From the NCBI GenBank assembly GCA_964651815.1, contig CAZYWG010000006.1, positions 23,259 to 87,258 on the forward strand: 64,000 nt of DNA, given 5' to 3'. The translations under genes were made by a program, and so were the position numbers. This document shows positions 46,508-56,271 of this stretch, one piece after another. Numbering within the stretch: position 1 is the stretch's first letter; each line of letters begins with the position of its first letter. This stretch comes from an uncultured Gammaproteobacteria bacterium (lineage in GTDB: Bacteria > Patescibacteriota > Microgenomatia > Levybacterales > GWA1-39-11). Under the pieces are notes generated by a model. That model saw only the letters and a list, made by a program, of their open reading frames with translations. It did not search any database and had not been told where the DNA came from.

Positions 46508-46774
46508 CTATCCATTTAGAAATCCTGCCATTTCTTTTAGGTTTTGCTCAAAATTTGCAACATCCTCTGGAAATAAAAGAAAAGAATTGTAGATTCTATC
46601 TTTTCCTTCCCCCATGAATTTGGATTCTGTAATTTTGAGATATTTCTTCTCGTTTTGGCCTTGATTAACGTCAAAGAAGTATGTGCGTCTTCCAAATCTG
46701 ACGTGTGAGGACTTAATTTTATTACTCTTACCCTGTGTCATATGTATCACCCCCTTCCTTTTGTGTCTTCCCAA
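46508..46774 (-). CDS. PUR-alpha-like / DUF3276 nucleic-acid-binding protein
   Basis: FGRRTYFFDVNQGQNEKKYLKITESK...IYNSFLLFPEDVANFEQNL. Confidence 0.45.
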   Translation of the reverse strand: MGRHKRKGVIHMTQGKSNKIKSSHVRFGRRTYFFDVNQGQNEKKYLKITESKFMGEGKDRIYNSFLLFPEDVANFEQNLKEMAGFLNG

Positions 46775-46888
46775 CTCTTGTTTAAAGAACTGAAGATAAG
46801 TAAAAGAATAAACGAAAAATACACGAAAGTCAACTAAGACAAAATAGGTCTTTTTACGTCAATATTTTGGCTGGGAAAAACTTGTATT

Positions 46889-47275
46889 TTATGAAATTTG
46901 GAGAATAGAAAGAATGTTACCGTCGGGGTCGCGAAACCAAGCCGATTTTAAACTGCCCATTGTTGCTACTCCTTTTTCATCAGTCTTAATTCCGTTTGGC
47001 ATTTCATAATGTTCAAATTTAACCCCTTTTTTTGTTAGCTCATCAACTTCCTGCTCAAGAGCTTGAACTGTAAAAGTTGCAAGTGTATGTTCTGCTTTTG
47101 ATTCTCCTCTGACGTAGACATATAAAGTAGTTCCGTTACCGCATTCGTATAACGCTGCGTCTTCAGGAGACGCCATTTCACTTTTTTTAAGGCCCAAAAC
47201 ATTTTCATAAAACTCGCGGGACCTCTTTATATCAGTTGATGGAATCATTGCGGTGACCGGAGCGTTTGTTAACAT
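46889..47275 (-). CDS. VOC/glyoxalase family protein
   Basis: Glyoxalase-like beta-alpha-beta-beta-beta repeats with start TAMIPSTDIKRSREFYENVLGL. Confidence 0.6.
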   Translation of the reverse strand: MLTNAPVTAMIPSTDIKRSREFYENVLGLKKSEMASPEDAALYECGNGTTLYVYVRGESKAEHTLATFTVQALEQEVDELTKKGVKFEHYEMPNGIKTDEKGVATMGSLKSAWFRDPDGNILSILQIS

Positions 47276-47335
47276 AGAAGTTATACTATTTTAATAGGTT
47301 GAATTTGTCAAGAAAGAAAAGCGTAAATTATAAAT

Positions 47336-48064
47336 CTAAATTCCTGCAACACCAAGAATTCTGCCAATGCCGTAAGTGACCACCATTGCAAGAGCACCTC
47401 CTAATACTACTCTTGTTACTGAGCGCATCATGCTTGCGCCGCTTACCATTGCACTTAAAACACCGGTTACAACGAGAGCAATCAACACGGCAACAAATGC
47501 AACAGGAATTCTAATCCCGGCAGGCGGCACGAGTATAGCAATGATAGGTACCAAGGCTCCAACAAAAAAAGAGGCTGCAGAAGCAAAAGCAGCATGCCAG
47601 GGGTTTGTTAGATTGTCAGGGTCAAGTTTTAGTTCCGCATCAACGTGGGCGGCAAACGCGTCTCGGGCAGTTAGTTCAAGAGCTACAGTCTTTGCCGTTT
47701 TAGGCGATAAACCCTTCCGTTCGTAAATTGATATTAGTTCTTCAAGTTCTGCTTCCGGATAATTTTTAAGCTCGAACCTTTCTTTTTCAAGCAGTGCTTT
47801 TTCTGTGTCCCGGGAGCTACTTACAGAAACATATTCTCCAGCCGCCATAGAGATAGCGCCAGCAACTATTCCGGCAAGTCCCGCTGCAAGAATAATTGTT
47901 ACAGAATTAGTTACGCCCGCAACTCCAACAACCAATCCGGCAACTGATACTATTCCATCTCCCGCGCCTAGAACTGATGCACGTAGCCAATTTAATTTTG
48001 GACCAACACTTGGATTGTGCGGCTCAGGATGCGATTCGGATTTATCAATAGTTTTTACACTCAT
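47336..48064 (-). CDS. VIT1/CCC1-family iron/manganese transporter
   Basis: SVLGAGDGIVSVAGLVVGVAG and a C-terminal TM bundle. Confidence 0.65.
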   Translation of the reverse strand: MSVKTIDKSESHPEPHNPSVGPKLNWLRASVLGAGDGIVSVAGLVVGVAGVTNSVTIILAAGLAGIVAGAISMAAGEYVSVSSSRDTEKALLEKERFELKNYPEAELEELISIYERKGLSPKTAKTVALELTARDAFAAHVDAELKLDPDNLTNPWHAAFASAASFFVGALVPIIAILVPPAGIRIPVAFVAVLIALVVTGVLSAMVSGASMMRSVTRVVLGGALAMVVTYGIGRILGVAGI

Positions 48065-48117
48065 TGTAAGAATTATAGCAAAGATAGAAGATAAAGGCTT
48101 TATAAGAGGGACTTAAA

Positions 48118-48492
48118 TTATTTTCTGTTTCCGTCCAACCCGCCGCGCAAAGGGGTTTCAGAGACATGTGTTAATGGAGAATGTCCGTTAGATGTATATT
48201 TTGGTTGTCCATGTTCTAAAGCTGTTTCAATGTGGCCATTTGTGTGTGAGTAACCTTCTTGCATTGCGTCTTCTACAAGAGATTGCTTGAATTCTTCTCT
48301 ATAAGCGTTTGGATCCCAACCGCCAGGATATGAATTCCCTTTTAAGCCTTTACGTTTACTGTCAGGGGTTTTGAAAGGCGCTCTTCCACGTGCAAAAGTA
48401 TAACTCCTCATTCTATTTCTCATGGAACTTCCTTTTATATAGTGATAATCGGGGTCAGGCTGTTCTCGTAAATCGGGTTCTAGTTCTAGCAC
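48118..48492 (-). CDS. Hypothetical protein
   Basis: ORF only. Confidence 0.3.
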   Translation of the reverse strand: MLELEPDLREQPDPDYHYIKGSSMRNRMRSYTFARGRAPFKTPDSKRKGLKGNSYPGGWDPNAYREEFKQSLVEDAMQEGYSHTNGHIETALEHGQPKYTSNGHSPLTHVSETPLRGGLDGNRK

Positions 48493-48574
48493 AATTTTTT
48501 GATCATAGCAAAAAGAAATAAAGAGTTCAATATATCATTTTGGCACTATATATCTGGCAAAATAGTCCAAGCAA

Positions 48575-49147
48575 TTAGATGATTTGGGGAGTGTATGTTA
48601 GTAATACGTTGCCATTTTTGAATTCGCGGACGTTCGAAAGTTTTAAATTTAATTGAGTTTTAATGCCTTCAAATAATCTTGTTCCTTGTCCCAGTACAAC
48701 ACGATTTATCATAATTCTAAATTCGTCAATCAAATTGTGTTTAATAAATGTAAGACATAAATTGTCGCTTCCGTAAATTGCAATATCACCGCCCGGTTCA
48801 TTCTTAAGTTTTTTAATGTAGTTTGGATCGACGTTGTGTAATAGTTTGACATTTTTCCATTTCTCAGTTTCATGGATTTGAGTTAAAGTTTTTGAGAAAA
48901 CAACTTTTGGAGTCGTATTCATTAGATTAGCAACGATCGGATCATCCAACCTTGCCATATCAGTCGGCCAATAATTTGCCATCAGTTCATAAGTTCGTCG
49001 CCCGAATAACAAGGTTCCAACGTTTCTAGTTTGCTCAATTGCAAATTCGTTAAATTCCGCGTCTACATTGTGCCAGGACAGGTCATGATTTGGTCCCTCA
49101 AAAAAGCCGTCTAGTGAGACCATCATAAATAAAAATATTTTTCTCAT
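48575..49147 (-). CDS. Dihydrofolate reductase-family (RibD C-terminal domain-like) protein
   Basis: MRKIFLFMMVSLDGFFEGPNHDLSWH...LLFGRRTYELMANYWP. Confidence 0.6.
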   Translation of the reverse strand: MRKIFLFMMVSLDGFFEGPNHDLSWHNVDAEFNEFAIEQTRNVGTLLFGRRTYELMANYWPTDMARLDDPIVANLMNTTPKVVFSKTLTQIHETEKWKNVKLLHNVDPNYIKKLKNEPGGDIAIYGSDNLCLTFIKHNLIDEFRIMINRVVLGQGTRLFEGIKTQLNLKLSNVREFKNGNVLLTYTPQII

Positions 49148-49596
49148 TTTTTTAAGTTATTAATATATTGCATTCTGTTTTCAATCATTTTTTGTTGTCC
49201 TGCATTGGGAGTGCGAGGAATGTTGGCAAAATAGCCTATGATATATGGCAGAGCTATGTATAGCAATATAATCACAGTGATTATAGTTATGGTAATTGTT
49301 TTATTTATTCGCAGACCTTTCCACACAGCGAGTGTAACTACCCAAAGAATTAAAATATCAACTACAAGCAGAATCCAACGGTAATGCCAGCTGTAGTCCG
49401 CCGGGGAAGAAGATAATTGCAGGCCAAGAGAGGTTACCCTGCCGGCGAAAGGTAGAGGAAATCCAATTTGGACTGCGCAATAATCAATGCCGAGGCATTC
49501 CTGTCTTGTGAACCAAAAAATAGATGACAGTGTGGAAAACAATAAAGTTGCAATTAATAGAGTGATTATTAATTGTTTTGGTTTAAAGCCAAGCAT
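49144..49596 (-). CDS. Membrane hypothetical protein
   Basis: Four TM helices. 4-nt overlap with the upstream gene. Confidence 0.35.
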   Translation of the reverse strand: MLGFKPKQLIITLLIATLLFSTLSSIFWFTRQECLGIDYCAVQIGFPLPFAGRVTSLGLQLSSSPADYSWHYRWILLVVDILILWVVTLAVWKGLRINKTITITIITVIILLYIALPYIIGYFANIPRTPNAGQQKMIENRMQYINNLKK

Positions 49597-49628
49597 AACC
49601 TAAGTATAGGAAGCAGTAAGTGTTGATG

Positions 49629-49901
49629 TCAAACCAGGTTAAATCTCTTTTGGTTCCTTTGTTTAGATTTTGCTGCTTCTACTTCCCTATTTTTCGGGTC
49701 GGCATCTGTTGTAAGTGAAGTTAATAATTCGGAAGCTGCTTCGGTTACATGGTCAACTGCATGTCTAAATGCTTTCTCGTTTATTCTAGAAGGTTTATTA
49801 AAACCTGAAATTTTTCTTACAAACTGTTCTGACGCCGCACGAATCTCATCTTCTTTTGCAGGCGGGTCAAAATTAAAAAGCGGTTTTATATTTCTACACA
49901 T
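49629..49901 (-). CDS. DUF2277-like protein
   Basis: MCRNIKPLFNFDPPAKEDEIRAASEQFVRKISGF. Confidence 0.45.
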   Translation of the reverse strand: MCRNIKPLFNFDPPAKEDEIRAASEQFVRKISGFNKPSRINEKAFRHAVDHVTEAASELLTSLTTDADPKNREVEAAKSKQRNQKRFNLV

Positions 49902-50002
49902 GAGTAAATTTTCGTCAATTAAAATCTATAAAAAAATTTGCGAAATCCTAAAGCGCCGAGGCGCGTAGGATTACTTCCCGACAGTTAAAAATATTATAAA
50001 AG

Positions 50003-50037
50003 ATAAAACAAAACACTGAAACCCACAGGCTTCAGTG
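50003..50037 (-). terminator. Rho-independent terminator downstream of 50100..50549
   Basis: Minus-strand hairpin cactgaa / ttcagtg (50014-50037) followed by a U-run (plus-strand aaaacaaaa at 50003-50013). Confidence 0.5.
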
Positions 50038-50099
50038 TAGGTACCGTTCAATTCTAATTTCGTAGAAGGAATTTTTCAAGAGACTAATGGGACACACCA

Positions 50100-50549
50100 T
50101 TATTTCTTAGGATCCCAAGGTGTTATTAGTTGAAAGTAATTTCCATCAGGGTCAGCAAGTGTTGCAATCCAAAACTCTCCTTCATCCCCCATCTTGTAGG
50201 GTTCTGCAACAACTTTAACGCCAGAAATCTCCTTCACTCTTGCAAATTCACCTTTTACATCATTTGTTTCAAAGTTGAAAAGAATTCTATCAGGATTTGA
50301 ATTTTTGCCCTTAATTTTATCATGAGAGCCAATACTAAAGAAGCAGCTCCCAACTAAAAAGCCTGCATACCCTTCTTCTTCCATTTCAGGCTTTTTATCA
50401 AAAACTTTACCATAGAATTCAACAAGTTCTTTTTTGTTTTCTGTTGAAAGTAAAATTGAATTAAAATTTAACATATTATTCACCTCACTTTCGGGCTTTT
50501 GCCAGTATTTAATTTTAGCTAGCGGCTTTTTTGATTGCTTCAAGGTCAA
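50100..50549 (-). CDS. VOC/glyoxalase-like protein
   Basis: Glyoxalase fold pattern with end ...WIATLADPDGNYFQL. Confidence 0.45.
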   Translation of the reverse strand: MTLKQSKKPLAKIKYWQKPESEVNNMLNFNSILLSTENKKELVEFYGKVFDKKPEMEEEGYAGFLVGSCFFSIGSHDKIKGKNSNPDRILFNFETNDVKGEFARVKEISGVKVVAEPYKMGDEGEFWIATLADPDGNYFQLITPWDPKK

Positions 50550-51015
50550 GTTTTTTCATTGGCATGAAGGCGGCTGTTACTTTTTCAGTTTTTGTAGGAT
50601 CTCTCATGAGTTCATCTAAAATTCTTGGAACAATCTGCCAGGTAACACCAAATTTATCTGTACACCATCCGCATTGCTCGGCTTCAGGAACCGCAGACAA
50701 TTTTTCCCAGAAATGGTCAATTTCTTCTTGTGTTTCGCAGTTAACAACAAAAGATACTGAGCCATTAAGTTTGAACTGCTCAAGTGGTCCACCATTGAGA
50801 GCCATAAATTTTGCTCCATCAAGCTCATATTCAATGGTTAAAACACTTCCCGCTGGGCGCCCTGAGATTTCTGCGGCTGCTTCGGGAGTTTTTTGAGTGG
50901 TTGTGATTTTTCCTTCATGTTGACCAGGGGCAGACTTAAAAGTATCTACATAGTGATTTGCAGCTTCTTCGCCGTTGTTATTAACAAACCAAATGCAATT
51001 CGTAATCTTAGACAT
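50515..51015 (-). CDS. PhnB-like / 3-demethylubiquinone-9 3-methyltransferase-domain VOC protein
   Basis: ITNCIWFVNNNGEEAANHY...FKLNGSVSFVVNCETQEEIDHFWEKL. Confidence 0.5.
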   Translation of the reverse strand: MSKITNCIWFVNNNGEEAANHYVDTFKSAPGQHEGKITTTQKTPEAAAEISGRPAGSVLTIEYELDGAKFMALNGGPLEQFKLNGSVSFVVNCETQEEIDHFWEKLSAVPEAEQCGWCTDKFGVTWQIVPRILDELMRDPTKTEKVTAAFMPMKKLDLEAIKKAAS

Positions 51016-51068
51016 CGGGATATTCTACCAGAAATGTAAGAATTTTTTCAGTAGGAAAAATGTAAGAG

Positions 51069-51665
51069 TTAGCCCACTTCACCTGTCGCGACTTCTCCAT
51101 CACGCTTATAGTTAGCAGCTATCACTCCGTTATGTGTTATAGCACTTTTTATAAGCTTCCATCCAACAGGAATTGTTCCATCGTGAAAAAGTTTTTTACC
51201 GCTCCCTAAAGTAACGGGGAATACTTTAAGCCACAATTCATCTACAAGATCATGTTTCAATAATGTCTGAATAAGGTTTCCACTCCCGTAAATTTGTAAA
51301 GGTGATCCATCTTCTTCTTTGAGTTTTTTAATATCCTCAACGTTTTTTAGGACTTTTGTATTTTCCCAAGGGGTGTCTTTGATATTTTTTGAGACAACGT
51401 ATTTTGTGATCTTATTTACCTGCGGCCAAAATTCATCTGCGTGAGTTGGCCAATAGTTGGCAAATATGTCATATGTTTTTCTTCCCAAAAGCAAATCATA
51501 TTCTCCTGCCATTTGTTCTTGCATTATTTTCCCGGCCTCGTCGTCAAAAAATGGAGCTGTCCAACCGCCATATTTGAAGCCTTCAGCAGTATCTTCTTTT
51601 GATCCACCGGGAGCCTGCATTACCCCGTCGAGGGATATAAACTCTAAAACAATAATCTTTCTCAT
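51069..51665 (-). CDS. Dihydrofolate reductase-family (RibD_C-like) protein, paralog of 48575..49147
   Basis: MRKIIVLEFISLDGVMQAPGG...LLLGRKTYDIFANYWP. Confidence 0.6.
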   Translation of the reverse strand: MRKIIVLEFISLDGVMQAPGGSKEDTAEGFKYGGWTAPFFDDEAGKIMQEQMAGEYDLLLGRKTYDIFANYWPTHADEFWPQVNKITKYVVSKNIKDTPWENTKVLKNVEDIKKLKEEDGSPLQIYGSGNLIQTLLKHDLVDELWLKVFPVTLGSGKKLFHDGTIPVGWKLIKSAITHNGVIAANYKRDGEVATGEVG

Positions 51666-51758
51666 AGCGTTATTCTAGCATGAATTGTAAGAACTTTAAA
51701 ATAGGAATTTTGTTAAGAAAGTGTATGAAAAAAATTCGAGTGCGGCCGCACTTTTTAG

Positions 51759-52226
51759 TTATAAACTTTCTACTACTTTTGCAAGTCTTTCAAGACCTGC
51801 AGACGCGCCTTCTTTCATTCCCATTGAAACCATTCCTTCCAAGTCCTGAGCATTATCAAATTTTGATATTGTAGTAACTTTAGTTTTTCCTCCATCAACA
51901 GGCTCAAGATTAAGAGTCTCGGTCATAATATGTCCCGCCATAGGCTCGTATTCAAAAGTTCTGACGATTTTTTTGGGTTCGTCAATTTCTTTCATTTCGC
52001 CGCGGAATGCGTGTTCTTTTCCATCTCCTTCGTGGCTGTGACTCACAAAACGCCATGCACCGCCCACTTTCATCTCTAGCTTATCAACAGTGGTATTTTC
52101 CCACCATTTAACAATTAATTCAGGCTTTGTATATGCTGCCCAAAGCTTGTCCGGTGTCGCATTGAAAACGCGCGTGATTCTGACTTCTAATTTATCTTTA
52201 TCAACTTCAAATTGAGTGTCATTCAT
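51759..52226 (-). CDS. SRPBCC (AHSA1-like) family protein
   Basis: ITRVFNATPDKLWAAYTKPELIVKWW. Confidence 0.55.
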   Translation of the reverse strand: MNDTQFEVDKDKLEVRITRVFNATPDKLWAAYTKPELIVKWWENTTVDKLEMKVGGAWRFVSHSHEGDGKEHAFRGEMKEIDEPKKIVRTFEYEPMAGHIMTETLNLEPVDGGKTKVTTISKFDNAQDLEGMVSMGMKEGASAGLERLAKVVESL

Positions 52227-52326
52227 TATTTTTTCCCTCCTTTCAATAAAAATTTCGTCAACTAAAATAAGATAATAAATTTTTTATTGATACTGAGCCC
52301 TCCCTTCGGGAGGCGAATGTACTACC

Positions 52327-52641
52327 TTATTTTTGTTTCTTTAATTTCTCAAGTAATTTGTCTAATTTTTTAAAACGCTCATCCCACATTTTTACCATCT
52401 TTTTTGCCCACTCTTCTATTTCATGGATTGAAGTAGCATTAATTGTATAAATCCTTTGCTGCGCGCGTTTTTCCATATCAACGAGCTTTGCTTCTCGCAA
52501 AACTTTTAGATGCTGAGAAATAGCAGGTGCTGAAACTTTAAAATTGCCGGAAATATCAGACGCTGTGAGTTGTCCTTTTGCGGCAATCAATTCCAAAATG
52601 CGGCGGCGATTGGGGTCAGAAAGAGCCTGAAAAGTATCCAT
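52327..52641 (-). CDS. ArsR/SmtB-family transcriptional regulator
   Basis: LSDPNRRRILELIAAKGQLTASDISGNFKVSAPAISQHLKVLREAKLV. Confidence 0.75.
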   Translation of the reverse strand: MDTFQALSDPNRRRILELIAAKGQLTASDISGNFKVSAPAISQHLKVLREAKLVDMEKRAQQRIYTINATSIHEIEEWAKKMVKMWDERFKKLDKLLEKLKKQK

Positions 52642-52730
52642 TAAGAAGTATTATAAATCATCCACTTAATTAAGTCAAGGGTTAAATAGAAGAAGGAATT
52701 GAACTTTACCTAAAATGCTACAATAAAATT

Positions 52731-54071
52731 ATGGAAAAACTTTTTGATTTGACCAAGAAATCTTTGGTTATAGTTTTTGCATACGCGCCAACGGGACTCG
52801 GACATCTTCGGGTAACAGATGCTTTATACCACGGTCTTCCAGAAAATGCGGCTCCTCTTCTTTTGGGCTCGCAGGATAAAACCCTCAGCGAAATTTATAG
52901 GCTTACAAGTATTCATCGTTTGGCTTCCTCAGTACTTGAATTTTTTGAATTTTTTGCTCCTGCCGTCACAATTTATAAAAAATATCTAAGAAGCCATACA
53001 AATCTTTTGTATGGGCAGCTCTTAACAATTCTTGATGAGCGTTTAACGGTTCCAGAAACAGTAGTTTTGGTTGCAACGCATTTTGGCTTGGCGCAACAGC
53101 TCGGCGCAATTAAAGGAAAAATAGAACAAGCGCGTGGTGTAAAAGTCTTTCTTTTTGTCCAAGTAACAGATGATAGTCCCCACCCTCTTTGGTACGTAGA
53201 AGGCGCTGACATTATTTTTGTCCCAAGTTTTAAAACTAAAAAAGCATTTCAGGATTACGCAGGTGAGGCAAAACTTCCCGCAGTTCATTTCCAGGTTTCG
53301 TCTTACCCCGTCACCCCAACGCTTACACAAGCGCTCCACGCGGATGAATATGCAGAGAGGCGGGAAGAACTTGATAATACGCATACAAGAAAAATTCACT
53401 TTGCAATTCCTGTTTCAGGAGCAGCCATTGGAACAAACTTTATTGAACGCTTTACAAGCGCGCTACACGCAAAAAATGAAAAGTTCCATTTTCATATTAT
53501 GGTTAAAGACGCGTTTTATACCCAAAGTTTCATAAAAGATATGAAGCGCCGTTCTTATGTGGAGCTTGCGACGTCAACCCATGACAGAGGAACGGTTGAT
53601 GCATACGAGGAAGTTTATAAAAAGAATATTATCGCGCTTGAAATGACAAAACCGTCCGAACAAACGTTTAAAGTCCTCTGCTCCCCTAAAAACCGCGGTG
53701 GTGCAATGCTTTTGCTGGCTCCACCCGTTGGAAAATGGGAATTTGATAATTTGAATTTTTTGCACCGCCACAATTTAATTCCCTTACCTGAGACAGAAAG
53801 GGCATTACTTGAGCTTGTAGAAAAAGATGATGCTCCGTCAGAGCAATTACTTGAAGCGGCAAAATCCTGGCGGGCTTTAATTCTGCCGCAAGATAAAAAT
53901 CTTGCAGTAAAATTTGTGCTTTGGTGTCTTAAGAATAAGATTTTTTACTCAATGGCGCATTATGAGCTTGAAAATAAAGATTCAGATGAAAACAAACAAG
54001 AGCTAAGTCCGGAAGGAGTGCAAGAATTTTGGGAAAGTGTCTCCGCTTTTTTAAAAGAACAAACCAAGTAA
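52731..54071 (+). CDS. Hypothetical protein (446 aa), possibly GT-B-like
   Basis: N-terminal VIVFAYAPTGLGHLRVTDAL loosely resembles GT-B donor-binding N-termini. Otherwise no assignable motif. Confidence 0.35.
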   Translation: MEKLFDLTKKSLVIVFAYAPTGLGHLRVTDALYHGLPENAAPLLLGSQDKTLSEIYRLTSIHRLASSVLEFFEFFAPAVTIYKKYLRSHTNLLYGQLLTILDERLTVPETVVLVATHFGLAQQLGAIKGKIEQARGVKVFLFVQVTDDSPHPLWYVEGADIIFVPSFKTKKAFQDYAGEAKLPAVHFQVSSYPVTPTLTQALHADEYAERREELDNTHTRKIHFAIPVSGAAIGTNFIERFTSALHAKNEKFHFHIMVKDAFYTQSFIKDMKRRSYVELATSTHDRGTVDAYEEVYKKNIIALEMTKPSEQTFKVLCSPKNRGGAMLLLAPPVGKWEFDNLNFLHRHNLIPLPETERALLELVEKDDAPSEQLLEAAKSWRALILPQDKNLAVKFVLWCLKNKIFYSMAHYELENKDSDENKQELSPEGVQEFWESVSAFLKEQTK

Positions 54072-54082
54072 AGGGTTAAATA

Positions 54083-54445
54083 CTACTTTTCTATCTGGGT
54101 GAGTTTTGTTTTCGCGGGAGTTACAGTAATATGTGTAAACCTGCCTTTATTAAGTGCGCCGTGAGAATGTATTTCGCCTGCGGGGCTCCATGCAATATCT
54201 CCCTCTTTTAAAATAAATCGCTTATCTTTTGTCTCGTAAAATCCAACACCTTCAGTTACTATTAAAACCTGGTCGTGGGTATGTTTGTGGAAACGGTTTC
54301 TTACGTTGTTGGGGAAATGAACATAGGCGACATTCATATCAGCACCCTCTTCTTCTGATACTGCTGTTTGCATGACAACCTCATCAGTAAAAAGCGGCGC
54401 TGCAACCTTTTTCTTCTTAATATCTTTTATGTTTACAACTTTCAT
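54083..54445 (-). CDS. Cupin domain protein
   Basis: HKHTHDQVLIVTEGVGFYE...GEIHSHGA. Confidence 0.55.
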   Translation of the reverse strand: MKVVNIKDIKKKKVAAPLFTDEVVMQTAVSEEEGADMNVAYVHFPNNVRNRFHKHTHDQVLIVTEGVGFYETKDKRFILKEGDIAWSPAGEIHSHGALNKGRFTHITVTPAKTKLTQIEK

Positions 54446-54478
54446 TTGGGAGTATGATACAGCGGGTTCACGCGTCTG

Positions 54479-55063
54479 TCAATTCGGCCATGCTTCCTTG
54501 GAGCGTCTTTGCGAACGCATCTCCATACCGTAAGCTCGTCTATCCCGGTAGGTTCTGACAGTTGATGAATCTTCAAAATCTACTATTCTACCAAGCGCTC
54601 TGAGAGCTTTGGGAGAAATAACATCTATGTGCATGAGATGTTCTCCGCCCTCTTGTCCACCCGTGGTCCTTTTCCATCCGTCTATTCCTTCCAAGGGACT
54701 ATTGAGTAAATACTGTCCATCAACTTTAATTTCCATACCGGTTTGTGCAAATTTAAGTTCGGGTTGTAGAGCGAACCGTGCAAGAGCACGCGCTGTTCTT
54801 ACTGCAAGCTCGTTTGTACCCTTTGCGGCAATTGCTTCTTCTATATCTTTACCGGTGAATGTGCCGCGGTTTCCTGCATCAAAAACCTCGTCTTCTCGGA
54901 AAGGTTCGTCACCTACTTCAACAACTTTTAATGTAGCTTTGCCGTATTTTTCTCTTGGATCCTCATCCGATGCAAAGATTTTTATGATCTTTGTTCCGTG
55001 AGGGACTTTTTTCCTCTCGAGAAAATACATTGCCTCGGTCCAATCTTCAAATCGAATATGCAT
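54479..55063 (-). CDS. Hypothetical protein
   Basis: ORF only. Confidence 0.35.
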   Translation of the reverse strand: MHIRFEDWTEAMYFLERKKVPHGTKIIKIFASDEDPREKYGKATLKVVEVGDEPFREDEVFDAGNRGTFTGKDIEEAIAAKGTNELAVRTARALARFALQPELKFAQTGMEIKVDGQYLLNSPLEGIDGWKRTTGGQEGGEHLMHIDVISPKALRALGRIVDFEDSSTVRTYRDRRAYGMEMRSQRRSKEAWPN

Positions 55064-55127
55064 GAGCGCAATTATAGCAAAATTTTGGTTCGGGCGGGTG
55101 TCAATTCACGGCTGGCGGTTTATGGGA

Positions 55128-55508
55128 TTATTTTTGGGTTATGAAGTGGAGGGCGAAAACCTCATTTTGATAAGTGATAGGCACCATTATGATGTCTGTT
55201 GATATTTTTGTTCCATCCTTTTTGACAATCTTTGCTGAAAGGTGAGATGCATTAAAATTCTGAGAAGCCTCACTATATGCTTCAATAACTTTGTCCCTGT
55301 CCTCCTCCGCAACATCTGCCACCGGTGTTTGATTTTCAACCCATTCGCGAATAGATTTGTAGCCAACCAAATCGGCAAATTTCTGATTGCAGTTTTTGTG
55401 GGCATCATCCAGATATAAATAGATTGCCTGGTCAGAATTATTAAAGACAGTGCTTAATTGGTCTGTAAGTTCTTTTACAAGATGTTCGTGGTGCTCGTCG
55501 TGGGGCAT
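55128..55508 (-). CDS. Small PAS-like domain protein
   Basis: NNSDQAIYLYLDDAHKNCNQKFADLVGYKSIREW resembles a PAS fold. Confidence 0.3.
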   Translation of the reverse strand: MPHDEHHEHLVKELTDQLSTVFNNSDQAIYLYLDDAHKNCNQKFADLVGYKSIREWVENQTPVADVAEEDRDKVIEAYSEASQNFNASHLSAKIVKKDGTKISTDIIMVPITYQNEVFALHFITQK

Positions 55509-55558
55509 ACCAAGATTTTAGAACTGCAAATTTTAAATGTCAAATGTTTGAGACTTTC

Positions 55559-56212
55559 TCAGGCAGCTTTGGTTTCCGGAACTCTTGCGTCCAGAAGATC
55601 TATTACGAGTTGTTGTTCTTCCGCTTCTAGTTGTAGATTGTCAAAAGCGTCCTCTTCTTTTGTTCTCTGCGGAAACTCTACAGAATAAATAGCTCCATTA
55701 TCTCTAGTAGTATTTAGATCCAAAGTGTGAGTAATAAATTTATATTTGGTTGGATTAAGAACGAAATCTATCCATTCAAAGTAATTTATGGCTTTTTCTA
55801 AATTCCATGTTTTTTCACCTTGGGCAACAAGAACGTGAAACGGAGTTGAATAATCTACGCCAATTTCTGGCGGAGAAACCGTAGCTCTGTTTCCTTCAAA
55901 ACCCTTGCTTTTAAAGTAGGCTTGATAGAGAGGTTCTATTTCTTCTTCATGACCACGTAAAAATTTATAGCTATTATTAGTAGGTTGTGCTAAATACATG
56001 GCAACTGCCATTTTTAGCCACCCGGGCTCTTTTTGCAAACGAGGAAAATAATGACCATGTATTGGTTTGGCTATTGCCAAAGTCTGAACCATGTCGATTT
56101 TTGAGTGGTGTAATAATTCAAGTTTTTCCTTGACTTGTCTAGGTTTCCAGATTTCCACGGCTCCTGTTTCCGGGGTTCCAAGCCTGTGTCTTACTGCTTC
56201 TATTACTCCCAT
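55559..56212 (-). CDS. Hypothetical protein
   Basis: ORF only. Confidence 0.35.
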   Translation of the reverse strand: MGVIEAVRHRLGTPETGAVEIWKPRQVKEKLELLHHSKIDMVQTLAIAKPIHGHYFPRLQKEPGWLKMAVAMYLAQPTNNSYKFLRGHEEEIEPLYQAYFKSKGFEGNRATVSPPEIGVDYSTPFHVLVAQGEKTWNLEKAINYFEWIDFVLNPTKYKFITHTLDLNTTRDNGAIYSVEFPQRTKEEDAFDNLQLEAEEQQLVIDLLDARVPETKAA

Positions 56213-56271
56213 TCGCAGATTATATCACATAATTATAGGATATTAAATGAGGCTAGGTTCTTTAAATTCAG

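Noticed and set aside
52227-52326. UUCG-tetraloop hairpin (ccctcccttcgggagg) as a terminator or riboswitch
   Set aside because: It is not followed by a U-run on either strand, and it is too short to match a riboswitch class I can recognise. Possibly a minor attenuator.
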